DNA from: an uncultured Bacteroidales bacterium
GTDB taxonomy: Bacteria; Bacteroidota; Bacteroidia; Bacteroidales; Bacteroidaceae
DNA: 64,000 nt
NCBI GenBank assembly: GCA_902787575.1
Contig: CADAGX010000013.1
Location: 172-64,171, forward strand
Direction of reading: 5' to 3'
The notes beneath the pieces are model-generated. The model was given only the letters and a program-made list of their open reading frames with translations. It was not told where the DNA came from and made no database searches. The position numbers and the translations under genes are program-made. Shown here in pieces: positions 8,209 to 17,360 of this stretch (the first letter of the stretch is position 1; each line of letters begins with the position of its first letter).

Positions 8209-10644
8209 ATGTCAGACTACATCGAAAAGAATACCTCAGAAGAGGAAGAGAACGGCGGGATTAAACTCTCCGATATCTGGACCATTATTGTGCTCAACTG
8301 GCAATGGATTGCTCTTTCCGCGTTCATTGCGCTCTGCATGGCCTTTGTCTATCTCAGATACACGCGTCCTGTCTACGCGTCAGCCATGAAGATTCTCGTC
8401 AAGGACGACGACAACAAGAAATTCAACGCCGGGCAGATGGGACTTGAGAACATGGGAGTCATCTCCAATAGCAACGGATTTGACAACGAGCTCGAGATTC
8501 TGCGAAGCACTAGCCTCAGCACCAGAGTTGTCAAAAGCCTGAAACTTTATACGTCATACTATATCGAAGGACGGATTCGCAAGCATGAGGTTTACAACCA
8601 GTCGCCCATCATCGTGGACATGCCACAGGACGAACTCGACAAGTTGAACTGCTCCATCGCACTTAAAATTATCCCCAAAGAGAAAGGATATCAAGTGGAA
8701 GGCAAAGTGTACATTCCCCATGTGAAAGAGCCCGTAAAGTTCGAACGCGAGGTAAACGAACTGCCTACGACCCTGAATACTCCAGCAGGAAGCGTCACCA
8801 TGCAACTTGACCCCAGCTTCGACCTCGACGGCCGCAACCTGTATGCCTACATTGTACCGCCGGTAGCTGCCGGCCGCAATTGCGCAGCAAGGCTCTCGGC
8901 TAACGCTTCAAGCAAAATGACAACCGTAGCCGACATTTCTTTTGTGGATACGCAAATCGACCGCGCTCAAGATTTCCTCGAGGAACTGCTGAAAGGCTAC
9001 AACGAGGACGCGAACGAAGACAAGAATGAAGTGGCGCGCAAGACGGAGGAGTTCATCAAAGAACGTATTGACGTCATCCGCCACGAACTGGACAGCACGG
9101 AAATTAACTTGGCGCAGTACAAGAAAAGCAATAACCTGATTAACTTGACAAACGACGCAGCCAATGCGCTGACCACCACCACCGAGTATCACAAGAAACA
9201 AAGCGAGCTGCAGATACAGATGAACATCGTGGAGTCACTTATCAGGTATATGAATAACCCAGCCAATGCGCTCGATGTGATTCCCGCCAACTTGGGTTTG
9301 GACAATCAAAACCTCAATAAGTTGGTTAGCGACTATAACACCTTGGTTCAACAGCGCAAGCGCCTGCTAAAGAGCTCGGGCGAGAACAACTCCTACGTGC
9401 AGCGTATCACGGCTGAGATTGAGGAAATGTGGCCCTCCATTAAGTTGAGTCTCGATGCCATGAAAGAAGACTTAAACATCCAGAAGCGTGGAGTGGATCG
9501 CCAGTACTCACAGTTCAGCGGACGAATTGCAGCAACACCCGACCAAGAACGTACTTTGAACAACATCGGCCGACAGCAGGAAATCAAGTCGGGCCTCTAC
9601 CTGATGCTTCTCGAGAAACGCGAGGAGAACTACATTTCCTTGGCCAGCACGGCAGCAAAAGCCCGTATCATCGACGCGCCGCAGTACGTTGGCCGCGTGT
9701 CGCCCAAGAGCAAAATCATTTGGCTTTTAGCATTGATCCTTGGCTGCTGCTTCCCCGTCGGCGTAATTTACCTGCGCAACCTCTTGCGTGTGCACATCGA
9801 AGGCCGGGCTGACATTGAGAAACTGACCAAAGCCTCCATCCTTGCGGACATTCCTTTGGCAGCAAATGAAAACAGCGCGGATAACGGACTCGTGGTGCGT
9901 GAGAACAGCAACGACATGATGGAGGAGGCCTTCCGTGGCTTGCGCACAAACCTACGTTTCATTCTGGATTCAGGCGAACGCGTCATAACGTGCACCAGTA
10001 GCATTCCTGGCGAAGGCAAAACTTTCGTTTCCACCAATCTCGCCATGTCTTTGGCCTTAATGGGGAAACATGTGATTATTGTCGGCCTCGACATTCGCAA
10101 GCCGCGACTCGTACGCCTCTTCGGACTTCCGAGCAACAAAAAGGGACTCACCACATTCCTCACCAGCAACGACACCAGTTACGAGCTGCTCAAAGAGCAA
10201 ATAAACGTTGGTGTGGTGAACCAGAACTTGGATATTCTGCCAGCCGGCATCATCCCGCCTAACCCCAGCGAGTTGATTTCACGCGAGCAACTGGATATTG
10301 CCATCAAGCACCTGCGCGATCACTACGACTACGTTATCCTCGACACGCCTCCCGTAGGCCTTGTAAGCGACACGCTCTCCATTTCACGTACCGCAGACAT
10401 GACTATTTTCGTTTGCCGTGCAGACTATACTCCACGCTCGTGCTTCGAGCTGATAAACAGCCTGAGAGACGAGAAGAAACTGCCGAAAGTAAACTTAGTG
10501 CTTAATGGCATGGACATGAAGAAGAAGAAGTATGGCTACTATTACGGCTATGGTAAATATGGCCGCTACAGCAAGTACGGCAAGTACGGACTTTACGGCA
10601 AATACGGTCACGACTCGTCGTCGCACAGCCACACGGAGAAATAA
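8209..10644 (+). CDS. Polysaccharide co-polymerase / tyrosine autokinase (Wzc/GumC-like)
   Basis: Wzz-type N-terminus with 2 TM helices and a coiled coil. Has a Walker A (SSIPGEGKT), a DTPP Walker B-like motif and a Tyr-rich tail. Confidence 0.9.
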   Translation: MSDYIEKNTSEEEENGGIKLSDIWTIIVLNWQWIALSAFIALCMAFVYLRYTRPVYASAMKILVKDDDNKKFNAGQMGLENMGVISNSNGFDNELEILRSTSLSTRVVKSLKLYTSYYIEGRIRKHEVYNQSPIIVDMPQDELDKLNCSIALKIIPKEKGYQVEGKVYIPHVKEPVKFEREVNELPTTLNTPAGSVTMQLDPSFDLDGRNLYAYIVPPVAAGRNCAARLSANASSKMTTVADISFVDTQIDRAQDFLEELLKGYNEDANEDKNEVARKTEEFIKERIDVIRHELDSTEINLAQYKKSNNLINLTNDAANALTTTTEYHKKQSELQIQMNIVESLIRYMNNPANALDVIPANLGLDNQNLNKLVSDYNTLVQQRKRLLKSSGENNSYVQRITAEIEEMWPSIKLSLDAMKEDLNIQKRGVDRQYSQFSGRIAATPDQERTLNNIGRQQEIKSGLYLMLLEKREENYISLASTAAKARIIDAPQYVGRVSPKSKIIWLLALILGCCFPVGVIYLRNLLRVHIEGRADIEKLTKASILADIPLAANENSADNGLVVRENSNDMMEEAFRGLRTNLRFILDSGERVITCTSSIPGEGKTFVSTNLAMSLALMGKHVIIVGLDIRKPRLVRLFGLPSNKKGLTTFLTSNDTSYELLKEQINVGVVNQNLDILPAGIIPPNPSELISREQLDIAIKHLRDHYDYVILDTPPVGLVSDTLSISRTADMTIFVCRADYTPRSCFELINSLRDEKKLPKVNLVLNGMDMKKKKYGYYYGYGKYGRYSKYGKYGLYGKYGHDSSSHSHTEK

Positions 10645-10645
10645 A

Positions 10646-12160
10646 ATGAACAAGTGGATTAGCACACTTTTTCTCTTTGCCATCCTCCCCTTGAAAGCTC
10701 ACGCACAACTGAGCCGTCTAGGGGAGGATGTGCAATTTAAGGCTGAGGCGATGGGTTCCGCAGCCAGCGGAGATATTGCGCCCTTTTGGTTTACCAACAA
10801 TCGATATGGCCTGGCTACGCCCGATGCAAGCAGCGGCTATTTGCGCGGCGCGATGTGGCGTGAAGCAGCGGCCGACAGCGCGAGGCGTTGGAAGGCCGGA
10901 TACGGCATAGACATTGCAGTGCCCTTTGGCATGGACAGCCACTTTGTCTTGCAACAGCTTTATGCTGACATCCAATGGAAGGTAATACGTCTCAGCGTGG
11001 GCCAGAAAGAGCGTCCGCTGGAGTTGAAAAATCAACTTCTTTCCAGTGGCGCCATGACTTCTAGCATCAACGCACGTCCCTTACCTCAAATACGCCTCGA
11101 GTTGCCTGAGTTCTGGACAATTCCGCGCACCAGAAACTGGCTCGCGCTGAAAGCCCACATTGCTTATGGCGCATATACCGACAACGGATGGCAACGGCAA
11201 TTCAATCAGCTCGGCCCGCAAAATCTATATACAGCCAACTCACTTTACCACACAAAAGCCGGATTTCTGCGCATTGGAAACGCAGAAAAGTTTCCACTTA
11301 GTTTGACGGGAGGCTTCGAGATGAGTTCACAATTTGCGGGCGAGGCATGGAATCTGAAAGACAGAGACGACCACGCCAACCCGAACTTCCAGCCGCATCA
11401 GAAAATGCCGCACAATCTGAACGCATTCTGGCACGCCCTCATCCCCGGCGGGAGCGATTCGAACGACGGTGACTACAAGAATGTAGAAGGCAACCAATTG
11501 GGAAGTTGGCACTTAAGGCTCGATTATAACGGTAAGGGGTGGTCCGCTGGCGTATACGCCGAGCACTTTTTCGAAGACCACAGCCAATTATTCTGGCAGT
11601 ACCCGTGGAAAGATATGCTATATGGCGTGGAAATCAACTTGCCAAAGAATCGTTTCCTCCAAACAATCGTTTATGAACACATTGGCACAAAAGACCAAAG
11701 TGGTCCCATTTATCATGATGGAACGGCTGTACTCCCCGATAACATTTATGGTGTAGACAACTATTACAACCACCAAGTGTACGGAGCATGGCAACACGCC
11801 GGCTTCAGCATGGGACATGCCGCACTACTCTCTCCTATATATAATACTGATGGGAACATCATGTTCCGAGACAATCGGATAAACGCCAACCATCTGGGAT
11901 TGTGCGGTACCCCGACTAATGAGATAAGCTACCGCATACTTCTGACACACGAGAAGAGTTGGGGCACATATCCCATTCCACGTCCCACCCCAGCCAAAGG
12001 CACGTTCCTGCTTGCCGAGTTGAGCCACGCTCCTCACCAAATAAAAGGTTTGAGTTTTACAGCCTCCTTCGGACGCAACTGGGGCACACTACTGGGCCAC
12101 ACAAACGGCGGAATGCTTAGCATTGTCTATTCCGGATGGGTGTCGAAAAAGAAAAACTAA
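10646..12160 (+). CDS. Capsule assembly Wzi-family outer-membrane protein
   Basis: Signal peptide MNKWISTLFLFAILPLKAHA starts 1 nt after the wzc stop. It has the APFWF.NNRYGL motif and a beta-barrel-like composition. Confidence 0.6.
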   Translation: MNKWISTLFLFAILPLKAHAQLSRLGEDVQFKAEAMGSAASGDIAPFWFTNNRYGLATPDASSGYLRGAMWREAAADSARRWKAGYGIDIAVPFGMDSHFVLQQLYADIQWKVIRLSVGQKERPLELKNQLLSSGAMTSSINARPLPQIRLELPEFWTIPRTRNWLALKAHIAYGAYTDNGWQRQFNQLGPQNLYTANSLYHTKAGFLRIGNAEKFPLSLTGGFEMSSQFAGEAWNLKDRDDHANPNFQPHQKMPHNLNAFWHALIPGGSDSNDGDYKNVEGNQLGSWHLRLDYNGKGWSAGVYAEHFFEDHSQLFWQYPWKDMLYGVEINLPKNRFLQTIVYEHIGTKDQSGPIYHDGTAVLPDNIYGVDNYYNHQVYGAWQHAGFSMGHAALLSPIYNTDGNIMFRDNRINANHLGLCGTPTNEISYRILLTHEKSWGTYPIPRPTPAKGTFLLAELSHAPHQIKGLSFTASFGRNWGTLLGHTNGGMLSIVYSGWVSKKKN

Positions 12161-12165
12161 AGTAT

Positions 12166-12588
12166 ATGAGAAGAATACTATACATCATATTCCTTACGCT
12201 ATTCTTTGTCTTATTCCCGTCCTGCGACAGCAAATGGGGAGAGAACGGCGATTTGGATGGGATGTGGCAGCTGACACAGTGGAAAGACATTGCAAGCGGC
12301 CAGTTCATCGAGAATGAATCAGAGGATATTTACTACAGTTTCCAGCTGAAACTCGTGAAGTTCCAAATGATTGGAAGCGGGAAATATTATCTTTCATACT
12401 TCACTCACCAAGGCAACGACCTGATAATTGGCAAGACCGTCCAATGGCCGAAAAACGAAGAACGTCCACTGAGCGAGCTGAAAACACTTGGCGTACCGGC
12501 AGACGGGCGCTTCCACATAGACGTCCTTAACGACAAAAACATGGTGCTTCGTAGCGAAACGAGCATTATTTCGTTTCGCAAATACTAA
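12166..12588 (+). CDS. Lipocalin-like domain lipoprotein
   Basis: Lipobox (FPSC) followed by G.WQL..W, which is typical of Bacteroidetes lipocalin-like domains. Confidence 0.55.
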   Translation: MRRILYIIFLTLFFVLFPSCDSKWGENGDLDGMWQLTQWKDIASGQFIENESEDIYYSFQLKLVKFQMIGSGKYYLSYFTHQGNDLIIGKTVQWPKNEERPLSELKTLGVPADGRFHIDVLNDKNMVLRSETSIISFRKY

Positions 12589-12649
12589 CTCGAAGGGCGA
12601 AACTGCCTATTGCAAGAAAGAATTCCCTTTTTTCCACAATAAAAAGTAA

Positions 12650-12657
12650 TATGTTTG
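12650..12657 (+). promoter_or_regulatory. -7 box (TATGTTTG) embedded in a 30-bp inverted repeat
   Basis: Lies 24 nt upstream of ATG 12682 and overlaps the palindrome ATGTTTGCGTT-N8-AACGCAAACAT (12651-12680). Confidence 0.35.
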
Positions 12658-12681
12658 CGTTATAATATAAACGCAAACATA

Positions 12682-14985
12682 ATGCCTCCTTACTTATACC
12701 TACTACTATCCATGTCCATCTCAGCAGTGTCAGCAATGATACTGATGCCTTGGCTGCTACGTTTGTGCTACAATAAAGGAATCTACGACAAGCCAAACGA
12801 GCGCAAAATACACAAGAGCACTATACCGCGGATGGGAGGAATCGTTTTTGTCCCATCCTCCTTGATTGGTGTTACCGCCAGTTTGGTCATTATGTTAGAA
12901 CGCGGGAACCTTGCGGACTCCATTCACGCCTCCACCATGCTTATCAGCGTCGGTGTGGCGCTTGTCTATTTCATTGGCCTGATTGACGACCTCTTCGGTT
13001 TGTCGGCAAACGTAAAATTTGCCGTTCAGACTATTGCCTCGCTATCTTTTCCAATTAGCGGCCTCTACTTCAACAACCTTTATGGCTTCCTTGGAATCGA
13101 AGAATTGCCCATGTGGGCAGGCTACTTGCTCACAATCTTCGTCACACTTTTAGTCATCAATGCCATCAACCTCATAGACGGCATTGACGGTTTGGCGTCC
13201 GGCATCAGTTTTATTGCACTCGCCGTATTCACAGAGTTCTTCTACATAAGAGGATATTACACTTACTGTCTTTTTTCTTCTGCGCTGATGGGCACCCTCA
13301 TCGTATTCCTTTATTATAATATATGGGGAAGCGTAGAAAAACAGAAGAAGACATTTATGGGCGACAGCGGGTCGCTCTTCTTGGGATTCGCCCTGACCTA
13401 TCTGGCTATCAAGTATGCGATGAAGAATCCCACGGTTATGGACAGCCGTTCTGACGGCATTCTGGTTGCATACACCGTGCTGTTTCTTCCCACCTTCGAC
13501 CTCATTCGTGTTGCCCTCTTTAGGAAAATTCGTGGAGGAAGCATGTTTGAAGCCGACATGACGCATGTCCACCACAAGCTCATGGCATCCGGAAAGACTC
13601 CGGCCCAGACGCTGATTGCCATCTTAGGGATGGACATTCTTTTTATCGCACTAAACTTTATATTAAATCACTTTGAACTCCATCTTTCGTGGATTGTTCT
13701 CATAGATATTGTCCTGTTCTGCGCCTGGCAAGTATACATCACACGACAGATTAAGCGTCACGAGGCAGAGCAAATTGCCAACATGGGCATCCGTGCAGAA
13801 TACGAGAATATTGCCAAGGACGCCAAAAAGATTTGCATCCTCACGCCGCGTTTCCCCATGCCAGAGAACGGAGGCGACGTACTGCGCATCAATAACATTG
13901 CCCGCCAACTTCGCAAGCAAGGTTACAAGCTTATCCTTGTCAGCTACCACGATGACGTAAGTCCGCAGATCTACGAAGCCGGACGCATCTATCACAAGAT
14001 ATATACCATTCCCCGAAGCAGATGGAAGTCCGTTCGGAACGCTCTTCTATTCATGTTCACAGGGCGTCCCCTCCAATGTGGCTATTACTATTCCATGGGC
14101 TTCAAGAACCTGCTGCAAGAGGTAAGGAAAAAAGAGAAACCCGACCTTTATCTCTCGCACCTTCTGCGAATGACACCATACCTAGAGGAGCTCAATCTGC
14201 AGCGCTGTTCTATCATAGAAATGACAGATGCGCTGTCAAAGACCTATTCCATGTCCGCGAAGGCCAACGGCGACGGACTCCTCCGCATTGCCTACTCTTT
14301 CGAGCATGGCCTCATCAAGAAGTATGAGCGGCACGTCATCGAGAGATTCCCAAAGTGCATTCTGGTTTCACAAGCCGACATCAACTATCTGAAGACGCTT
14401 ACGCCCTGCAATTCTTCGCTCGAGCTTCATGCAAACGGAGTGGACTGCATGAAAAAGATTCCGCAGCACTACAAGGAGAAAAAGATTTGTTTCGTCGGCA
14501 ACATGCGCACGCTGCAAAACAAAGACGCAGTGCTGTTCTTTGTGAACCGAGTGTTCCCACGCATTCTCAAGAGCGAACCCGATACCATATTATATATAGT
14601 AGGAGCTCAACCGCCACGCGAGATACAGAATCTGGCAAGCGACAACATTATCGTGACAGGCTTTGTGGATAATCTCGAAGCCACCATCTCCGACTCCTGC
14701 CTTTCCGTAGCGCCGGTACGAGTGGCCGCCGGAATCCAGAACAAAGTGCTGGTTGCAATGGGTTGCGGCCTGCCCGTTATTACCACAGACCTCATTGCGC
14801 AAGCCATACCCGAGCTGCAAAACGAACAGAACGTACTAATCCGCGACGAAGCAGCCACCATTGCCGAAGCCTGCCTAAGCATCATGCATAATCCGCAACG
14901 CCGCCTGCAACTCTCACAGAGAGGATATCAAGTAGTCCAGTTGAACTACTCGTGGCGCGAAAAGATAAAAGGCTACGTGCGCTGA
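12682..14985 (+). CDS. Fusion protein: WecA/MraY-family polyprenyl-phosphate HexNAc-1-P transferase (N-terminal) plus GT4 glycosyltransferase (C-terminal)
   Basis: The N-terminal ~360 aa is multi-TM with DDLFG, NAINLIDGIDGLASG, MGDSGS and HVHHKL. The C-terminal ~390 aa is soluble, with a GT4-like Rossmann pair (ICILTPRFP...GGD; VAPVRVAAGIQNKVLVAMGCGLPVITT). Confidence 0.8.
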   Translation: MPPYLYLLLSMSISAVSAMILMPWLLRLCYNKGIYDKPNERKIHKSTIPRMGGIVFVPSSLIGVTASLVIMLERGNLADSIHASTMLISVGVALVYFIGLIDDLFGLSANVKFAVQTIASLSFPISGLYFNNLYGFLGIEELPMWAGYLLTIFVTLLVINAINLIDGIDGLASGISFIALAVFTEFFYIRGYYTYCLFSSALMGTLIVFLYYNIWGSVEKQKKTFMGDSGSLFLGFALTYLAIKYAMKNPTVMDSRSDGILVAYTVLFLPTFDLIRVALFRKIRGGSMFEADMTHVHHKLMASGKTPAQTLIAILGMDILFIALNFILNHFELHLSWIVLIDIVLFCAWQVYITRQIKRHEAEQIANMGIRAEYENIAKDAKKICILTPRFPMPENGGDVLRINNIARQLRKQGYKLILVSYHDDVSPQIYEAGRIYHKIYTIPRSRWKSVRNALLFMFTGRPLQCGYYYSMGFKNLLQEVRKKEKPDLYLSHLLRMTPYLEELNLQRCSIIEMTDALSKTYSMSAKANGDGLLRIAYSFEHGLIKKYERHVIERFPKCILVSQADINYLKTLTPCNSSLELHANGVDCMKKIPQHYKEKKICFVGNMRTLQNKDAVLFFVNRVFPRILKSEPDTILYIVGAQPPREIQNLASDNIIVTGFVDNLEATISDSCLSVAPVRVAAGIQNKVLVAMGCGLPVITTDLIAQAIPELQNEQNVLIRDEAATIAEACLSIMHNPQRRLQLSQRGYQVVQLNYSWREKIKGYVR

Positions 14986-15016
14986 GATTTCCATTACCAA
15001 GCGTCACGGCTTCTAT

Positions 15017-15097
15017 TCCCACACGTAGAAATAATTTTGCGACGTGTCGCAGAGACACATGCCACACGTCGCAAACACTCTTGCCACGTGTGGTATT
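15017..15097. repeat. Array B of the ACRYGT-core repeat family (4 units)
   Basis: Cores sit at 15023, 15042, 15066 and 15086, between the convergent ends of the two EPS operons. Confidence 0.7.
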
Positions 15098-15121
15098 TGA
15101 GGTATGGAACGGAGCCCCGTT

Positions 15122-16210
15122 TCAGCGACACATCACCAATCGGCCACTGCCCACGGCCCGCAGAAAATCTGCTGCATCCACTGCTCCCTTGTACGTGCAG
15201 TGCGATTTTCCCTGCCCGCCACCGAAGGATTTGGGCTGATTGGCCCAGAAATTGATGTAGCTCACAGAGAATCCCTCCAGTGCAGGAAGTACCGCGCGCG
15301 ACCACCATTGCGGGTCGTCCAAGTTCTCGCCGCCTGATTCAGCCACACAAATAGGCATTTCCCAGCGCTGCCCCAGCCGTGCCACGACATCCAGATTCTG
15401 TCTGGCGCGACGAATGAAATCCGCACGACGTGCCTCGATGCCTGCGATACCGTTGTCGCGATACACTTCTGTGCCAAGCACGTCCACATACCTGCGCCCT
15501 GGGAAACGCTCCAGATAATTGTTCTCCGAAGTCGTCGAGCCACTCAAGGAAAAGCAGTAGAGCAGATTCGTACAGCCTTTGTCGGAGAGATATTGGCGAG
15601 TCAGACGCCACAGACGGCGATACTGACGAGCCGTACAATGGTCTCTGCCCCACCAGAACCAGCTGCCCTGCGCCTCGTGGAATGGGCGGAAGACGAGCGG
15701 AATCAGTTGGCCATCGTCGTCCCGCAGCGTGAAAATATAGTCCGCCGCTAGGTCGAGGTAATGCAGGAAACGCCGTCGGGCCTCTGTCTTTCTCAGAATC
15801 TCGCTTACCGTACGCGGATTTGACACGTCCCACGCGTTGCCGCCCGTCAAAGGATTGTACATATGCCACGAAATGGTGGTAATGCCTCCTCGGCGGTGCT
15901 GTTCCAGGATAGCCTGGCGGTGCTGCGCCCATGTGGAACCAGACATATAATAACCGTTCTCAAGTTCCAGCGGACAAAGATCTACGCTCAGCACCATCGG
16001 CCGGTGCCCAGAAAGTTCCTCCAGGTCGCTTCTCATGCAGGCTCCCGTGGCCCATCCGTGTCCGTAGAACGTGTCGTCGTGGTGCCCCATAAGCACCTGC
16101 CCGTCCGCTGCCGTTTGCAAGAGTCGCTGCCGCAGGCCCTCAGTACTTTGGGCGCAGATGACAGACACCGGAAGCACAAAGAAGAGGACAAAGAAGAAAC
16201 GCTTCATCAT
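15122..16210 (-). CDS. Glycoside hydrolase family 26 (beta-mannanase-like), secreted
   Basis: Signal peptide. Has WHMYNP and FRPFHEAQGSWFWWG (the GH26 RP.HE.NG.WFWWG signature). Confidence 0.75.
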   Translation of the reverse strand: MMKRFFFVLFFVLPVSVICAQSTEGLRQRLLQTAADGQVLMGHHDDTFYGHGWATGACMRSDLEELSGHRPMVLSVDLCPLELENGYYMSGSTWAQHRQAILEQHRRGGITTISWHMYNPLTGGNAWDVSNPRTVSEILRKTEARRRFLHYLDLAADYIFTLRDDDGQLIPLVFRPFHEAQGSWFWWGRDHCTARQYRRLWRLTRQYLSDKGCTNLLYCFSLSGSTTSENNYLERFPGRRYVDVLGTEVYRDNGIAGIEARRADFIRRARQNLDVVARLGQRWEMPICVAESGGENLDDPQWWSRAVLPALEGFSVSYINFWANQPKSFGGGQGKSHCTYKGAVDAADFLRAVGSGRLVMCR

Positions 16211-16223
16211 AGAATTGGCTCTT

Positions 16224-17333
16224 TTAATCTTTTATTTCACTAAACGCGTCCTTGAATACCTGCAACGACGCCTCTTGCGAGAAGTGACGGAGATAGATGT
16301 CTCGGATTCGGGCATTGAAGCGTGGCACGGGATGCTCGGCATAATACGTTATGGCATCGATGAAGTCCTGCGCTGTATTACACAGACGGGCGCTCCCCTC
16401 CACATATTCGCGATATCCTTCGAAGGTTTCATCGGTGCCAAGGATATTGCGTCCGTACATCATAGACTCACATGTCTTCACCTTCATCCCGCTGCCTGAG
16501 AAAATCGGCAGTACCATGAAATCGGCCCACAAATAATGCTCCGCCAGGTCGGGCACATTGCTGAAAACCTGCACGTCACGCAGGCAGGCATTTGCGGCCT
16601 GCAGCTTGTCCATGTCGCGCCCCACGATGCGGAACTCAGCATCGACATGCGGCAGCACGTGCTGCACGAACCACAGCACGCCTTCGTTGTTGGCCGTAAA
16701 ACTGCTGCCAAGGAAAAGCAGGCGCGGACGCGCCTCGGTCTGCGCCTTTGCATCAAAGTTGATGTGCTCGCATTGGTCCTTCAGCGCCACTGGCACCAAG
16801 TAGTCTGGGCGCCTTCCATACATTTTCTCCAGCAGAGCCGCATCACGCTCGTTCAACGCCAGCACCACATCGGCATACCGACAGCAGTATGCGTCGTTGC
16901 GGGCTGCACAATTGATTATCACGCCACGGAAGGGCATGTACTTTGGCAGGAGATGGTCGTAATATATGCTCTCCACATTGTGGAAATGAGCCACAATGCG
17001 CCCTCTGTATCCCGCAGCTTTCAGTTCGCGAGCCACGATACCGAAGATGGTTGTGCTAATGAAAACACAATCATAGTCGGCTGCCAAGCGCACAATCTCG
17101 CGCAGCCGCGAAGGCAACATCCCGTTAAAATGCCCGAACGGAAAGTAAAGTGCAGAGAGAAGCCAGTTGCCCAACGAGCGACGGCGTGCATCGTCATGCA
17201 CATAATAGACACGAACGTTTTCCGCGCCCAGCAGTTGTTCGGCCATCTGCATGTTGCGCTGATTCACCAGCCCGCCACCCTCGAGGATGCCTGTATAATG
17301 CTTGAACTGCACAAACAATACGTTCTTTATCAT
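16224..17333 (-). CDS. Glycosyltransferase (GT4/GT1-like)
   Basis: C-terminal Rossmann half with a GSGMKVKTCESMMYG (E-x7-E-like) motif. Confidence 0.7.
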   Translation of the reverse strand: MIKNVLFVQFKHYTGILEGGGLVNQRNMQMAEQLLGAENVRVYYVHDDARRRSLGNWLLSALYFPFGHFNGMLPSRLREIVRLAADYDCVFISTTIFGIVARELKAAGYRGRIVAHFHNVESIYYDHLLPKYMPFRGVIINCAARNDAYCCRYADVVLALNERDAALLEKMYGRRPDYLVPVALKDQCEHINFDAKAQTEARPRLLFLGSSFTANNEGVLWFVQHVLPHVDAEFRIVGRDMDKLQAANACLRDVQVFSNVPDLAEHYLWADFMVLPIFSGSGMKVKTCESMMYGRNILGTDETFEGYREYVEGSARLCNTAQDFIDAITYYAEHPVPRFNARIRDIYLRHFSQEASLQVFKDAFSEIKD

Positions 17334-17360
17334 GTCTGGTCACAATTCTTAGTTCACTAA

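Noticed and set aside
10532-10645. Long N-terminal extensions in the ORF track for the Wzi gene. The same applies to 33700-34038, 37470-ORF 38520-38651, 44871-44951, 51512-51583, 57270-57347, 12136-12165 and 12655-12681.
   Set aside because: In each case a classic signal peptide, lipobox or conserved N-terminus begins at an internal ATG. The extension overlaps the previous gene or repeat-derived sequence.
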